DNA of 64,000 bases from positions 4,840,123-4,904,122 of the forward strand of contig NW_002060944.1 in NCBI RefSeq assembly GCF_000150275.1, read 5' to 3'. This DNA comes from Trichoplax adhaerens. Lineage: Eukaryota > Animalia > Placozoa. How positions within the stretch are numbered: the stretch's first letter is position 1; each line of letters begins with the position of its first letter. A model generated the notes under the pieces. It was not told the DNA's origin. It saw only the letters and a program-made list of their open reading frames with translations, and made no database searches. Positions 1 through 11,525 of this stretch are shown piece after piece. A program made the position numbers and the translations under genes.

Positions 1-79
1 TATCATAAAAGAAGTCGGTAAGGTAATTTAAATTCCAAATCATTATGTAATTAACTTAAACTAGCACAACTTTACTTAC

Positions 80-2306
80 ATGGAAACAGCTAAATTTGTT
101 ATCTGGTACTTTATGAATTGCATTCCAGCTATCAAATTCAATTTTTAAACTTGGTAACATTGCAATAATTGTTTTAGCGACTAATTGTTCGATAGCAAAC
201 CAAATAATATCAATAGAGTGACCCAAATTTTCCATATTTTTTAATACCGAAGATATGGTTCTTTTACTACCTTCGTGGGGATTATTCATCAATACAAATG
301 ATGGATTACTTTTATTTAATGAATAATTGGTCAAATGCATACAAGTTTGTCTAAGATTTTTTAAATTTGGTATTTGATACGGCACAGTACAGAATCTTGC
401 TAGACCATCACGGAATATATAAGTTTCGAGTGGATTTAAATTAGTTAATACGGCATATAATCTTAAATCGAATTTAAAGCCATCAATTAAATACGGATTT
501 GATATATACTTTTGTATAACAACTGCTTCAGTGATTTGAAAATATAACGCTTCCAGTTGCTTTAAACCTTGCAATAGAAATATACCACGACCTTCGGAAC
601 CTCCATCAGGTTTAACAATAAATGTAGTACTATTTAACTCCTTCGGGCTTAATTTCATTACTTCAGTCATCATTTCTTGTAATGCAATCCAAGTTCGAGG
701 ATAAAAGGAGAAATGCTTAGGAAATAGGGATCGTAGTCGATTTAGTAAATAAGCAAATTTTGCTTTACAAACTATTTCCTTCATTCCTATAAAGTAAGAT
801 TATAATTACGTTATAGATATTTCAAGCTGTAGCAGAAATACTGTTGATCTAAACACATTTTATTTTAGCATATTATTGGCTTTATAGAGTGTCATTTATT
901 CTTAAGTCATTTAAGTCATTTATTCTTAAGTGTAATACCAAAAAAATGTAGCAATAATTCTATAAAAACTGGTCATACTACTGATGCAATATTACCTGGA
1001 AATTTATTGACTTTTCCTTGAATAAATCTTTCTCGACTGGTTAAAGATTTTTCATGCCAATAAATATCACAAGACTTTACGTACAGAATGTCCCAACGTT
1101 CCTAAATTATTTTTAAAATTATAGTTAAAGTCGGTTTCAAAATTTAGGTAGTATTGATTTGAGTACTTTAAAAGTGATAACAAATGAAATCGTATTACAA
1201 TACTGGCATAGTGCAGGTATTTCATTGTCTGTAGTAATGTAAAGTACTATGTTGAAGTAGATGCATACTTTAGAACATCTTGTAGAATTGAGTAAAGAAA
1301 CAACAGCATAAGCTAATAGAGTAATTTACAAATGATTCTATTTCTTAGACAGAAGTCAATAAATCAATACTAGACGGTAATTAAATATAGGCTATTAGCA
1401 TTATTCAATCTTGGTTGAATGAATACTATTTGATGTTAAACTATTTTATAAGAGCGAAGTAAATAAATTAGTAGTAAGCTTATCCTGAATGTGTTTAATA
1501 TACGTCAAGTAGAGCATGGATAAAAGAAATTCGCTAATCGGTAGAGCTGACGCTGGCTATTACTGTTGCTGCGATGACACTATGGCAGCATAGGTTTAAT
1601 TCATCATGACATGGCGCTTCAATTTCAACTCTATGTAAACTGCATGGATAGAAACTGTTGGATGCAGTTACTCAGATTTGATTTCAATTATAATTTTTTT
1701 AATTAAAAATTTAGTAGAAGAATAATAATCTTAGTTGACATGCAATAGCTTTCATAAAAGTAATGCTATAAAATTTTGAATGTTATTGGCTAATCTTGTA
1801 GTATTATATGATATACTGTATGTAGACTGTAATTTCAGCGAATTACTGTTATGTTATGTACTGCAGATATTGATTTGAAATTATCTTTATTTTAGTCATG
1901 GAATGTAAAGAATGAAACTTTAACAAAGTTGGCAATTATACGCTCGTATACTACGATATTAGAACTTATATCAATATCAACAAAAACAGTTCGGTGGAGC
2001 GATATTTTGGAAAAAAATTCAAATACATTTAAGACAGTCTGCTTTCATTCTAAGATTGCAATGTATGCTGTACTATCATGAAAATATAAAATTATGAATC
2101 GTTTCCTTTAAATTAACCTCGTGCCATCCATTGCCCAAATATTTGAAGCAATTTGATAGCGCCTTGAAAGATGAATTTGCGTGAGATGTATTGATAGTGA
2201 TCCTCGTCTGATCATTTTGTGACTGTTTGCCTTTAGTTTTAATTCTTCTATCGGTATTGACTGTTTTAGCCCTCTTTAAAAGTGGCCGAGATGATAGCAT
2301 AGCCAT
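80..2306 (-). CDS. TTLL11: Tubulin polyglutamylase, TTLL11-like (5' three exons: 2306-2118, 1101-996, 786-80; gene continues off the left edge)
   Basis: Spliced GT-AG reading gives ...GWHE|ERWDILYVKSCDIYWH...KVNKFP|GMKEIVCK...FYPRTW...TFIVKPDGGSEGRGIFL...IQKYISNPYLIDGFKFDLRLY...HLTNYSLNK...SCFH|gtaagt. These are TTL-family motifs; VNKFPGM and FIVKPDGG fit TTLL11/6/7-type glutamylases. Confidence 0.85.
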
Positions 2307-2426
2307 TCCTTAACTAGGGTCCAATCGATTAATTATAATAATCAGCTAGTCTACGATATTCAAACAATATGATCATCACTAGCAAATGTTTCTCATTTTT
2401 GTTATTATGGATTTGGCTTATGTTTC

Positions 2427-2453
2427 GTTGTCTTGGTAATGTTACCGTTGACG
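2427..2453. promoter_or_regulatory. Candidate RFX X-box-like elements upstream of the TTLL gene
   Basis: GTTGTCTTGGTAAT followed by GTTACCGTTGAC, 120-150 bp upstream of the ATG at 2306; imperfect match to GTNRCC-N0-3-RGYAAC. Confidence 0.35.
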
Positions 2454-2479
2454 AATTGAAGATCCTTTACGAAAATCAG

Positions 2480-2597
2480 ATGTCACCCGTGATGGCTGTG
2501 TATACTGTACTATACAATACAGTACAGTACAGTATACTGTAAACTACAGTACTGTACACTTACAGTTACAGTACAAACTGGAAGAGAAGGGTGACAT
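2480..2597. repeat. Small element with 9-bp inverted ends and a (TACAG/TACTG)-rich core
   Basis: ATGTCACCC (2480) ... GGGTGACAT (2597) around tacagtacagtacagtatactgta...; no clear TSD. Confidence 0.5.
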
Positions 2598-2640
2598 GAC
2601 TTTGTACTTACAGCACACTATACGATGTGATGTTATGGAT

Positions 2641-2742
2641 AGCGGATAAAGGTCATGTGATCGACCCTTCTGGAGAGCGGAAAAAGGTCATGTGATCGAC
2701 CCTTTCTGGAGAGCGGATAAAGGTCATGTGATCTACCCTTCT
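2641..2742 (+). repeat. 3 x 35-36 bp tandem repeat containing TCATGTGA
   Basis: agcggataaaggtcatgtgatcgacccttctggag units start at 2641, 2676 and 2712. Confidence 0.9.
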
Positions 2743-3830
2743 ATAGTAAATCCAGGATACTGCTTGTGTCAGGTAACGAGTATTAATTAGTGGCTGCATT
2801 TTGGAAGAGCGTGTTGTGATACGGAATCGTTTCAGTGTATTTTTAATAGTTCGTAATCCATGCGTTAGCTCTCGCACGCGTACCCGATTGTATCAGGAAG
2901 CGTGCGGATGGGACATCATACTGTTTCTCGATAGCAATCCCTATAACGTTTATTGCATTTATATTCCTAATAACTCGCCAAGTATTTTAAACATTTTTGA
3001 ATTTAGAATACTAGATCAGTCTTTATTAAATGTGTTTCAATTTCTTTAACTATAATTAGACTATGTTAAACTTATCTGTAGGCAAAATTGAATGCGTCAA
3101 CAGTTGTGAAATGTCTTTAGTATAGCATCGTAAACGCTTGGTAAATGTGCGTATGTAAACCTATAGAATCATAATACGAAATAAAAGCGTACTGTGCAGC
3201 GTTAGCAGCCTTTGCAAAGGGATCCGCCTATACGCCTAGAGAGCTTTTATCCGCTGTAGTCCGTAGATGTGCTTATTAAATTGTTTTATTCAATTTCTCA
3301 GCTATTTGGATGGCAAATTAGATAAAAATTAGAAATTATTGCTATATGCTTGGACAGTTCTTACATGGATAGATGTTGGTATAAATGACAGTATTGAACT
3401 TCACAGCGAGTCAATACAGTAGTCTAATCCAGTACGAGGTATTCCAATAGCAGGGGTTGAAGCTAGCAAATACTGATTATAATTATAATTCATAAATTTA
3501 TTCTGTCATAGTATAAATTATACATTATCGTTCCGTTGACAGAAGTTAAAAACGCTCAAATTGATCTACAAAAGCCTATTACTTTAATAGGTTTACTCTC
3601 ATAGAGGCTAGAACATGTTGAACGGTGCTCTACTATAGCTACACTGGCATATTCGAGTGAAATTGTTCAATATCGCCTAAAAATAGATAATATCCGTATG
3701 CTTTGAACAGTAATTTCCAGTAAATAAGTTCATCAAATAATGAATTCAAATCATAATGATAATTGTTGATTCTGGTCATCCAATAAAATCAACTATAGGA
3801 TTAGGAGTTATAAATAACATTTGTACAAGT

Positions 3831-4412
3831 TGTCACGGTACCAACCACCGTCAAGACTAAATGACTAAATTTAGTGGTTAATATGCATATATGCAGATAA
3901 CTAATAATGACTTACAGTAAGAATTACGGTAGTGATTATTTTGTTATATTAAATTATGCTGTACTGTAGGAAGAGTTCTTACAGTATACGATAACTAATG
4001 TTAATTGATTATAGTGTTTTGTCTTGTAAAGCTTGTGACGAATATCCAGTAGATATGCAATTATAGAAGATATTATAAATAATTCTGTGTACGGACATAC
4101 TGTAATCTAATTATCTAGGATCATTCAGTACAAAGATTATGAATGATTTCTGCATTAATTTAGCTATCCGATATAAACTAAGTTTCATGAATTGTAATGA
4201 ATTATACATGATAGCAAGCTGCATGATACCAGCTGCCGAAGGGTATTCAAGCTCGGCGGATAGTTAAATAAAAGAAGAGTTCTAGAATTGTTTAACGTAG
4301 AAGCAAAATCGTCTAAATTCTTGTGAGACAGCCAAGGGATACTGATCCCGAAGACTATAGTAATTTAGAGATTCGTTTTGCGTTATCTTTGTCGCAAAGC
4401 TGGTTTGTGGCA
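3831..4412 (+). mobile_element. Solo LTR (582 bp), TSD CAAGT
   Basis: TGTCAC...GTGGCA ends; CAAGT at 3826-3830 and 4413-4417; TATAAA ~4172 then AATAAA ~4267; 3' end shared with the 27030 and 47288 elements. Confidence 0.85.
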
Positions 4413-5816
4413 CAAGTCTGGTCATTCTTTATAACGCTTCGTGCTTGTAGGATTGATTAAAATATGAAATATGTGTAACATACGCAAGGGCATAAAACCT
4501 GCAAAATAAGATTCGTCATCTCCTTTTAGTTTTAATCAATTGCTTTGAGGGTTAAGAAAAATTCACAAATACATTATGGATTCGAATCTTATTTGCACTA
4601 GCCGGGATAATATATCGTTTTCTAAATTGATGTCAATCTACCCACTCCTAGCAGAGTTTTCATCGCAGGCGATATAAAACCAAATCTCTACCTCATCTGC
4701 CAAGAATGGAAAAAAACTCTCTCTTCCACGAATAAATTCCATTATTTGTATCGCTATTTTAATTATAGTAAACTTATACATAAGTCGTAACTTTAATCTG
4801 GTGTGTCAAGAAATAACTAAATAATCCGATATTTTACAAAATCGCCAAGCTGGATTAGAAGCGATAGTGTCTATGAATGCATAGCAATACATGCTATGTA
4901 GATCTTGGATTAAGATTTAGTCCGTAGTTATTACTGTAGTCATTATTCATTAATACTATCCTTGTAAATCGAAACATATTTCTGAGCTCGAATTTTTTGT
5001 TTAGAATTCTCACATGCTATATTCCATCATGGTGACCTTAATTACCTTGATCATATCATTGTACGAGTATAGGAGTTGGTACTTTATTGACCTGGTTTTT
5101 GATCAATTTTAACCTACAGTTATTATTATTATAGATATCTCATCGACTCTATAGTTACTATGCCAAATCATTATATAGATATGTTAGATATAATCTTGCT
5201 CTTGAAGTATGCATTCAAAATGTAGCCTGCAAATAGCACCATCATCCGGAGTTATATCGTTAAAACTAATTGTATTGTAGTAGACATATGCGTTTAAATT
5301 TTCCAATAAAATTTGGATCTTCATTTAGCCTCGTAATCAATATTTAAATCGATGAAATAAATGTTTAATCGTAAGCACACAATATCGTTTACATAGCTTT
5401 CCTAATTTATTGAAGGGCACTAGGCAACGCCCAGTGCAATTTGATAAAAGCTTACGAAAACTTTTAACCTTTAGTCTAATAAACAAATGGCCATTTCATA
5501 AATAATTTAATAAACACACTGTCTTAGTAAAATTGATTACAGTGATATTAATACAACTACATCTTAAGGACGCTGACTCGTTCAGAACAAATAATGAAGG
5601 AAATTTATATTGCAATTTATTACAACTCTGTAACAACTCTCATATAATAGCTTTAAGTGATAAAACATTCACATGTGTGTAGGCTTACAAAGCCATCATA
5701 AGAGTTAGAGGGATTATTTTTACATGTTAAGTTTAATCCTTTTATAAATATGGAAATCGCCAAATTTCAAATTTATTCCATATTTTAATGCGAGCTAATT
5801 ATTCTTGGCTTCAGAC

Positions 5817-6815
5817 TTAATTATTATGGTACTTTGAGCACGGCAATGCATGTAAAGTTGTCGTCAACACCTTTATAAAACCGCTACGGAATTTCTTATT
5901 TGTTGTACCATATATGATGGGATTTAATGCCGAATTAGTGTACACTAGCCAGCGACTTAATAATGTTATGACATGTGATATACAATCAAAGGAGGTTAAT
6001 CTCATTGCTTCCGCAACAAAAAACAATAGCCAACACGTAAAGAAAATACCAACAACAAAAAGGACAGTTCTAGTTAATTTGTTTTTAGCTCCAGTATTCC
6101 AGACTAAATAACAACAATTTTCATCGCAATGTACAACACGGGTATGACCTTTTGCAGTGGTAAATATTTTATAATAGGATAAACATATGATGATGGATGG
6201 AATATAATAGCACATAGTTACCACCATGGCTTCATAACGGATATCTTTGTTAAGCTTGCGAAAGAAGCAATGTCCGTAACTTGGTACAAAATCATAATAT
6301 CCGAATCCTACTAGTGGTAAAATGGATAATATTGATGAAAAAATAACAAGGCAGCCAATAACAGCGAAAATAATGGATGGGGTTATTTTTCTCTCATATT
6401 TGAGAGGCAAGGAGACAGCGTAGCAGCGATCTATGCTAATAACTGCAACAAATAAAGCCGAATTAAAAGATAAGAACGTATTGGAAAATGCTGTAAATGT
6501 ACAAAATGAAGATCCTAATGTCCATCTTGATTGTAATAATACAGTTAACCATAGTGGAAAGTTAAAGATCATAATTAAAAAGTCAATAATTGCCAGAGAG
6601 GCCATTAATATACTTGCGCCTTTATGCATTAAATTAATACGATAGATTACAACCACCACTAATGCATTTCCTAATGCACCAATAACACATATAACCGATG
6701 TTAATGACGTTAAAATAATTATTAAAGCTGGAGAAAGTGAATTACAGTCTTTTAAGATACACCAGCGACTGTAGTTAAGATCATTTGAAAGTTCATTACA
6801 TCCTGAACTCGACAT
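5817..6815 (-). CDS. Intronless rhodopsin-class (class A) GPCR, orphan, aminergic/GPR161-like
   Basis: Seven hydrophobic segments with GNALV (TM1), SLAIID (TM2), W..G..C, SIDRC (DRY variant), YxKIF (TM5), FFTCW (TM6), NSALNPIIY (TM7) and helix-8 KFR. First ATG at 6815. Confidence 0.92.
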   Translation of the reverse strand: MSSSGCNELSNDLNYSRWCILKDCNSLSPALIIILTSLTSVICVIGALGNALVVVVIYRINLMHKGASILMASLAIIDFLIMIFNFPLWLTVLLQSRWTLGSSFCTFTAFSNTFLSFNSALFVAVISIDRCYAVSLPLKYERKITPSIIFAVIGCLVIFSSILSILPLVGFGYYDFVPSYGHCFFRKLNKDIRYEAMVVTMCYYIPSIIICLSYYKIFTTAKGHTRVVHCDENCCYLVWNTGAKNKLTRTVLFVVGIFFTCWLLFFVAEAMRLTSFDCISHVITLLSRWLVYTNSALNPIIYGTTNKKFRSGFIKVLTTTLHALPCSKYHNN

Positions 6816-8271
6816 TGTTGTAAACAAAGTTAAGCCAAAAAATTTCGTTTCAGTAACTTGATTAATAGTGCTATCTCTTTAGAAAATGAAAATTGTAAAT
6901 ATAGATTAAATCCGTATGATTGTGGAATAAAACGGAAACTAGTAGCTTCTCCAAGCGGATATCTGGATCAATAAAAAGCAATACCAATATAATAAGCTTC
7001 ATTGTTAGTCTAAATCGAATAATTGAAGGAATAATACCTAGGATTATTAGCATTTTTATAGTCTTCTAAAATGATAAGATGTTATCAAAAGCTCTCTTCT
7101 AACTATTAATAGATGGTAACTGGAGATTGCATTCTAGGATAAAAATTACTTTTAATATATCATAGAGCGTTATCTAATTAATGAAAGAAGATTTGGACAA
7201 ACAAGTTTCCGATTGTAACATTGACTATAGCGAAAATATGTTCGATAAATCTAGTACTCACTTCTTAAAAGCCGTGTAATCTATGAGACTAAGAATTGGC
7301 TTCTTTGAGTTACCAAATTTTAAACTAATACTATAAATGGAGGATATAAGATTCATGCAATTGATCAAGAAATTACGATAGCTTGTTTAGAGTATTGACT
7401 TTGCTGTAGTAAACTATTACATTATCACATGCTTCATTTATTTTCTATTTGTGAAAGTTCTATAAATAATAGACTGAACAATTTAAGTCCTACAGCAGCA
7501 ATTCGATACGATACTCAATATTTCAAGTTAACAAAATTTTTTTTCTACTAATTTTAAAATAAACATTTGCCTTACCACAACTGAATTTATTTCCTAGGAT
7601 AGTATTGTAGATAAATTCTCCTCTCCTATTCAGGTTACTTAAATTGAGCCAATAATTAATAATTCAAGTTAACTTTTAAAAGATAAGAGTTGGTAGAAAC
7701 CGCAGAACCGTTGTCCTAAATGTTTTGCTAATTAGAAAAGAAAATTATTAAAAATTTTCAGCAACATTTGCAATAAATAAGATCTGGTAAACAACTTTAT
7801 TGCTAGAGCATGTGAATATCATATGGGAAATTTGCTTTCGAAATGAGTAATGCACTGTATCATAGCTTTTCAAAAATAAACTGCAGACAGCGATCAACAA
7901 TCTGAAATAAATTTCTTTTTATTCTCTTCTCGTGGCTTAATTATCTTAATACAAACATTCTAAAGCCATTTAAGTATACATGCAAACTACTATGCTTGCA
8001 TCCCAATTAATTTTAGCGTAATAGTTAGTAATTGAAATTGAATATAATTGTTGTTTTAGTCATAAAGTTGTCATAACCAATACAACTAGCAATAATTTCA
8101 TCTTTACCGAACAGATGTGACTCATTAAAGTCCTATTCAACAATAACACAAGATAATGTTTGATTAAAAATTAAAAATTCAATGCTATTACCAATGGGGC
8201 AGCAAAGAAGGACGTGATCAAGGAATGGTGAGAATTTGTAAATTAAACAGCCTTCTGTTACTGCAACAACT

Positions 8272-8821
8272 TGTGATATATACCAATCACGAAATTCCAA
8301 ATTTTAGAAAAATAAGGGCTTTATTGAATCTTATACAAAGATTAACTACACAGCTCTACTCTAGCCGAATACTACTTCTAAAGACTTCTAGAACGAACTA
8401 ACAGAATAATCTAAAGTTCCATGCTTTTATACTTTTCGTAGCATTCGCAGCTACAATCCGCATAGCAACCTTTTACCTTATTTTAAACATAGTTAAATTA
8501 TTCTTAGTAAGACTATTCTACTGCGGACCATCATTAATCCAATATGGATACGACTACAGTACTTACGTAGACATTATTCACACCAGCCAAAGTATAATGA
8601 ATTAACCATATCCTAATATATGATTTACAGTTCTATTTCTACCTATAGCCATATTAGTAACTCAACAGCTTACTGTATATAGTCATCTGTACTCTAGCAT
8701 AGAGTCTCTACCACTACAGTCTATAGGTACAGCTACCAAATATCTCTTAGGATAAATATCTACCGTACATTATACTACACATGGCTAACAGTCTACAATC
8801 ACAATACTAAGTTACATTACA
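8272..8821 (-). mobile_element. Solo LTR (550 bp), TSD CAACT; copy 1 of a pair
   Basis: TGTGAT...ATTACA ends; CAACT at 8267-8271 and 8822-8826; TATAAAA then AATAAA read on the minus strand; near-identical to 28673-29234. Confidence 0.92.
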
Positions 8822-11334
8822 CAACTACATTGCAGTGTTGTCTAAAATACTGAAAATATCCTAATAGTCAATTGTATATCAAAATTAATCTTATGGTCAA
8901 CACAAACTAGAACTGGCTATTTTAAAAAAATTTGAAGTTTACTTTATTCTAAGCCTGAATTAATTTCTCGTATATGCGAAGATTACTAAAGTTCATTAGG
9001 CAATCGTAATCGGTTGCCTAAAGTAATAGAAAGTATTAAATATGATATCTTGATCATTCTGATAGAAGAAGGTAGATGCCGTTGGAGTTAAATAAATAAT
9101 GTAACCTTATAACTAGGGAATTGTAAATCTAAACATTTTATACAGTGGTAAATTGTCACTTGTGCTTTCTTCACGAGTAGAGGCTTGTTAAAGTTTCTGG
9201 CTTATTTATAAGTTCAGAACCTTAGATACTAAGAAATATGTTTGCTTCCAAGAAACATGCAATCGTATTTTTTAATTAAACCCTGAAATCTCTAACGTAT
9301 ATTAAATCGAAATCATCGGCATAGAAAGGTATTGTAAGAAATCAAGAGCTGAATTTTCTTGGCTTTAAATTGATTGTTTCAAATTTCGCATTAATCAAAA
9401 GCACTGAAATACAAGCGTAACCTATAGGCTTTGCTTTTATATTTTATATTGTAACTTTCAATATTCTCAGTTTGCATGCAAATTGAAGGCATTAAGATAG
9501 AAACTTGCCTAAAGAACGAATACTAGTATTTTTTGACTTTAAATATCAATATTTCTAGTTATATAACAAAAATGATGTTGAGTTAAAAGCTTGTAGTAGA
9601 AATGAATAGTTTCATTGTTGATTTAGTTTCAGTATTTCTATTTTACAAATAAATCCAAAGAATTTAGTTAGAGAACTTATTCCAAACAAAACAATAGTCT
9701 AATACTAACTTAGTTTTCAATATTTCTAGTCTGTATCGAAATCTAAGACTAAAATAAAGCATAGTAAGAGAATTGACAGTGATATATTCAACTTCCAAAA
9801 GCTGAGAATAAAAAGTAGTGATTACTTAACAATAAATACACGTAATTTTGACCTCAGCAATGAATAACTGAGAAAGAAAGACCATTAATGAGAAAGAGGG
9901 AATAAAGCTTTAAAATGCAGTCGCAGTACTTTGTATAATGGATAAAAATTTTTTGATATTTCTATTTTAAGATGAAAATATTGGATGAAGAAGTTTAATT
10001 CACTTATAGGTTGCAGTTACCTGATACGCCTTCGTAGTTGAAATAGAATAGATTTAAATGATCTTATTAATCGAATTCTAGTCTATTGACCAGCCAAAAT
10101 TGGATAAGCTTTGAGTTCTAAAATTTTCAAAATACTGTTATTAAACCTTAGAATGATAACAAACAATCAATTACCCCAAAGATTCAAGTTAACAAGATGA
10201 AAATTGTGTCAACAATCTTTTAGTAATATGAAATGAATAAATTGCAAGCATTATTGATAGTATTTAATAACTACCAGCTAGAATTCAAGATTGACGTATG
10301 GATAGACGATTATTGAATAAAATTTTAATCAAATAATTAAAAAAATCAAGACTAGCAGTAAACTAACTGATGTTAATTCAGTTTTCTTATATTGTCATCG
10401 ATTGAATTCTTGTTGTCATTAAAAAGAATAATACCGTAGCATTAATCAATTAAACCCCTAAGATTCAATTAATTACTGTTTATAGAAAATGGATGAATAC
10501 TCGATTTGTTATTCTGTTGCTAATAAACAGTGAATTATACAATACGTATGGTATTGTTATAAATGACTGATTTTGTTTAAGTTATGAGCCAAGTTAAAAA
10601 ATTCGGTTTTGTTATTGAATATTGGGAAATAATTTTCACGCATTGAGTAGTACAACAGTGAGAAAATTATGAATCCCTTGCATAGGCAGGATAATTTATG
10701 AAATAGACGTATCAATGCTCAGATTGACATAAAATGATATTGAATATGAAAATGGTATTAATAGGTAAATAAATTATGAGGGCAAATTCCACCTTGTTAT
10801 AAAATCTCTTTCCTATGACATAATATCGAATTAAAAGACATGACGCTAATTGCGCACCCAATTTGCCACTATTTAGGCTTACAATAGCAGCATAAACAAA
10901 TATGTATTAGTCTTGAATACAGGGTGAAAAATCTATATTAAAATTTGTGATCGTTTACTAATAAATAATGAATAAAATAAACGTATAGATGATAATGGTA
11001 TTCTGGAGACTTACTGGAATGATATGTAACATGAAGAGTTTACAATGGTAAATATAAAATTTCAACTGTTAAACTTTTCAGTCTTTCTTCTAATTCTAGA
11101 CGTAATAAATAAATAGCGATGCAGCAGTAAATCATTATCGAAGCTGTAGCTACTTTATAGAATATCTTATGATTATACAACAGACATTCGTTATTAATTG
11201 TAGAAGAACATTGAGAATCGAACACCCAACTTTTGGCAATTGGGTTAATAGAATCAGTAATACATGAAGTATACAAATGATTTAGAAATGGACTAACTAG
11301 ATTGATGCACATCACCTAGTATTAATAATTGCAG

Positions 11335-11525
11335 TCATTAAGCGTTTAAATACCCTGCATAAAACTCCATACCAAAATATCTTGTTATCCTAGTACATAG
11401 CCATGATGGGGATATAATGCTACGTCTGTATCTATTTTGAAACAATTTACGAGATGTTATGACAGGAAAAAATATACACAGATTGGCATAGCAGAAATGT
11501 GAGGAAAATTAAACTAGCGGTGGGT
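11335..11525 (-). pseudogene. Probable decayed class A GPCR TM6-TM7 fragment
   Basis: One minus frame reads TASLIFLTFLLCQSVYIF...(stops)...DNKIFWYGVLCRVFKR, resembling FxxCWxPY and NPxxYG...F/helix 8. Confidence 0.35.

Noticed and set aside
5914-6645. Plus-strand ORFs overlapping the GPCR, and similar short antisense or intronic ORFs elsewhere
   Set aside because: Shadow ORFs of real exons or chance AT-rich ORFs without motifs.
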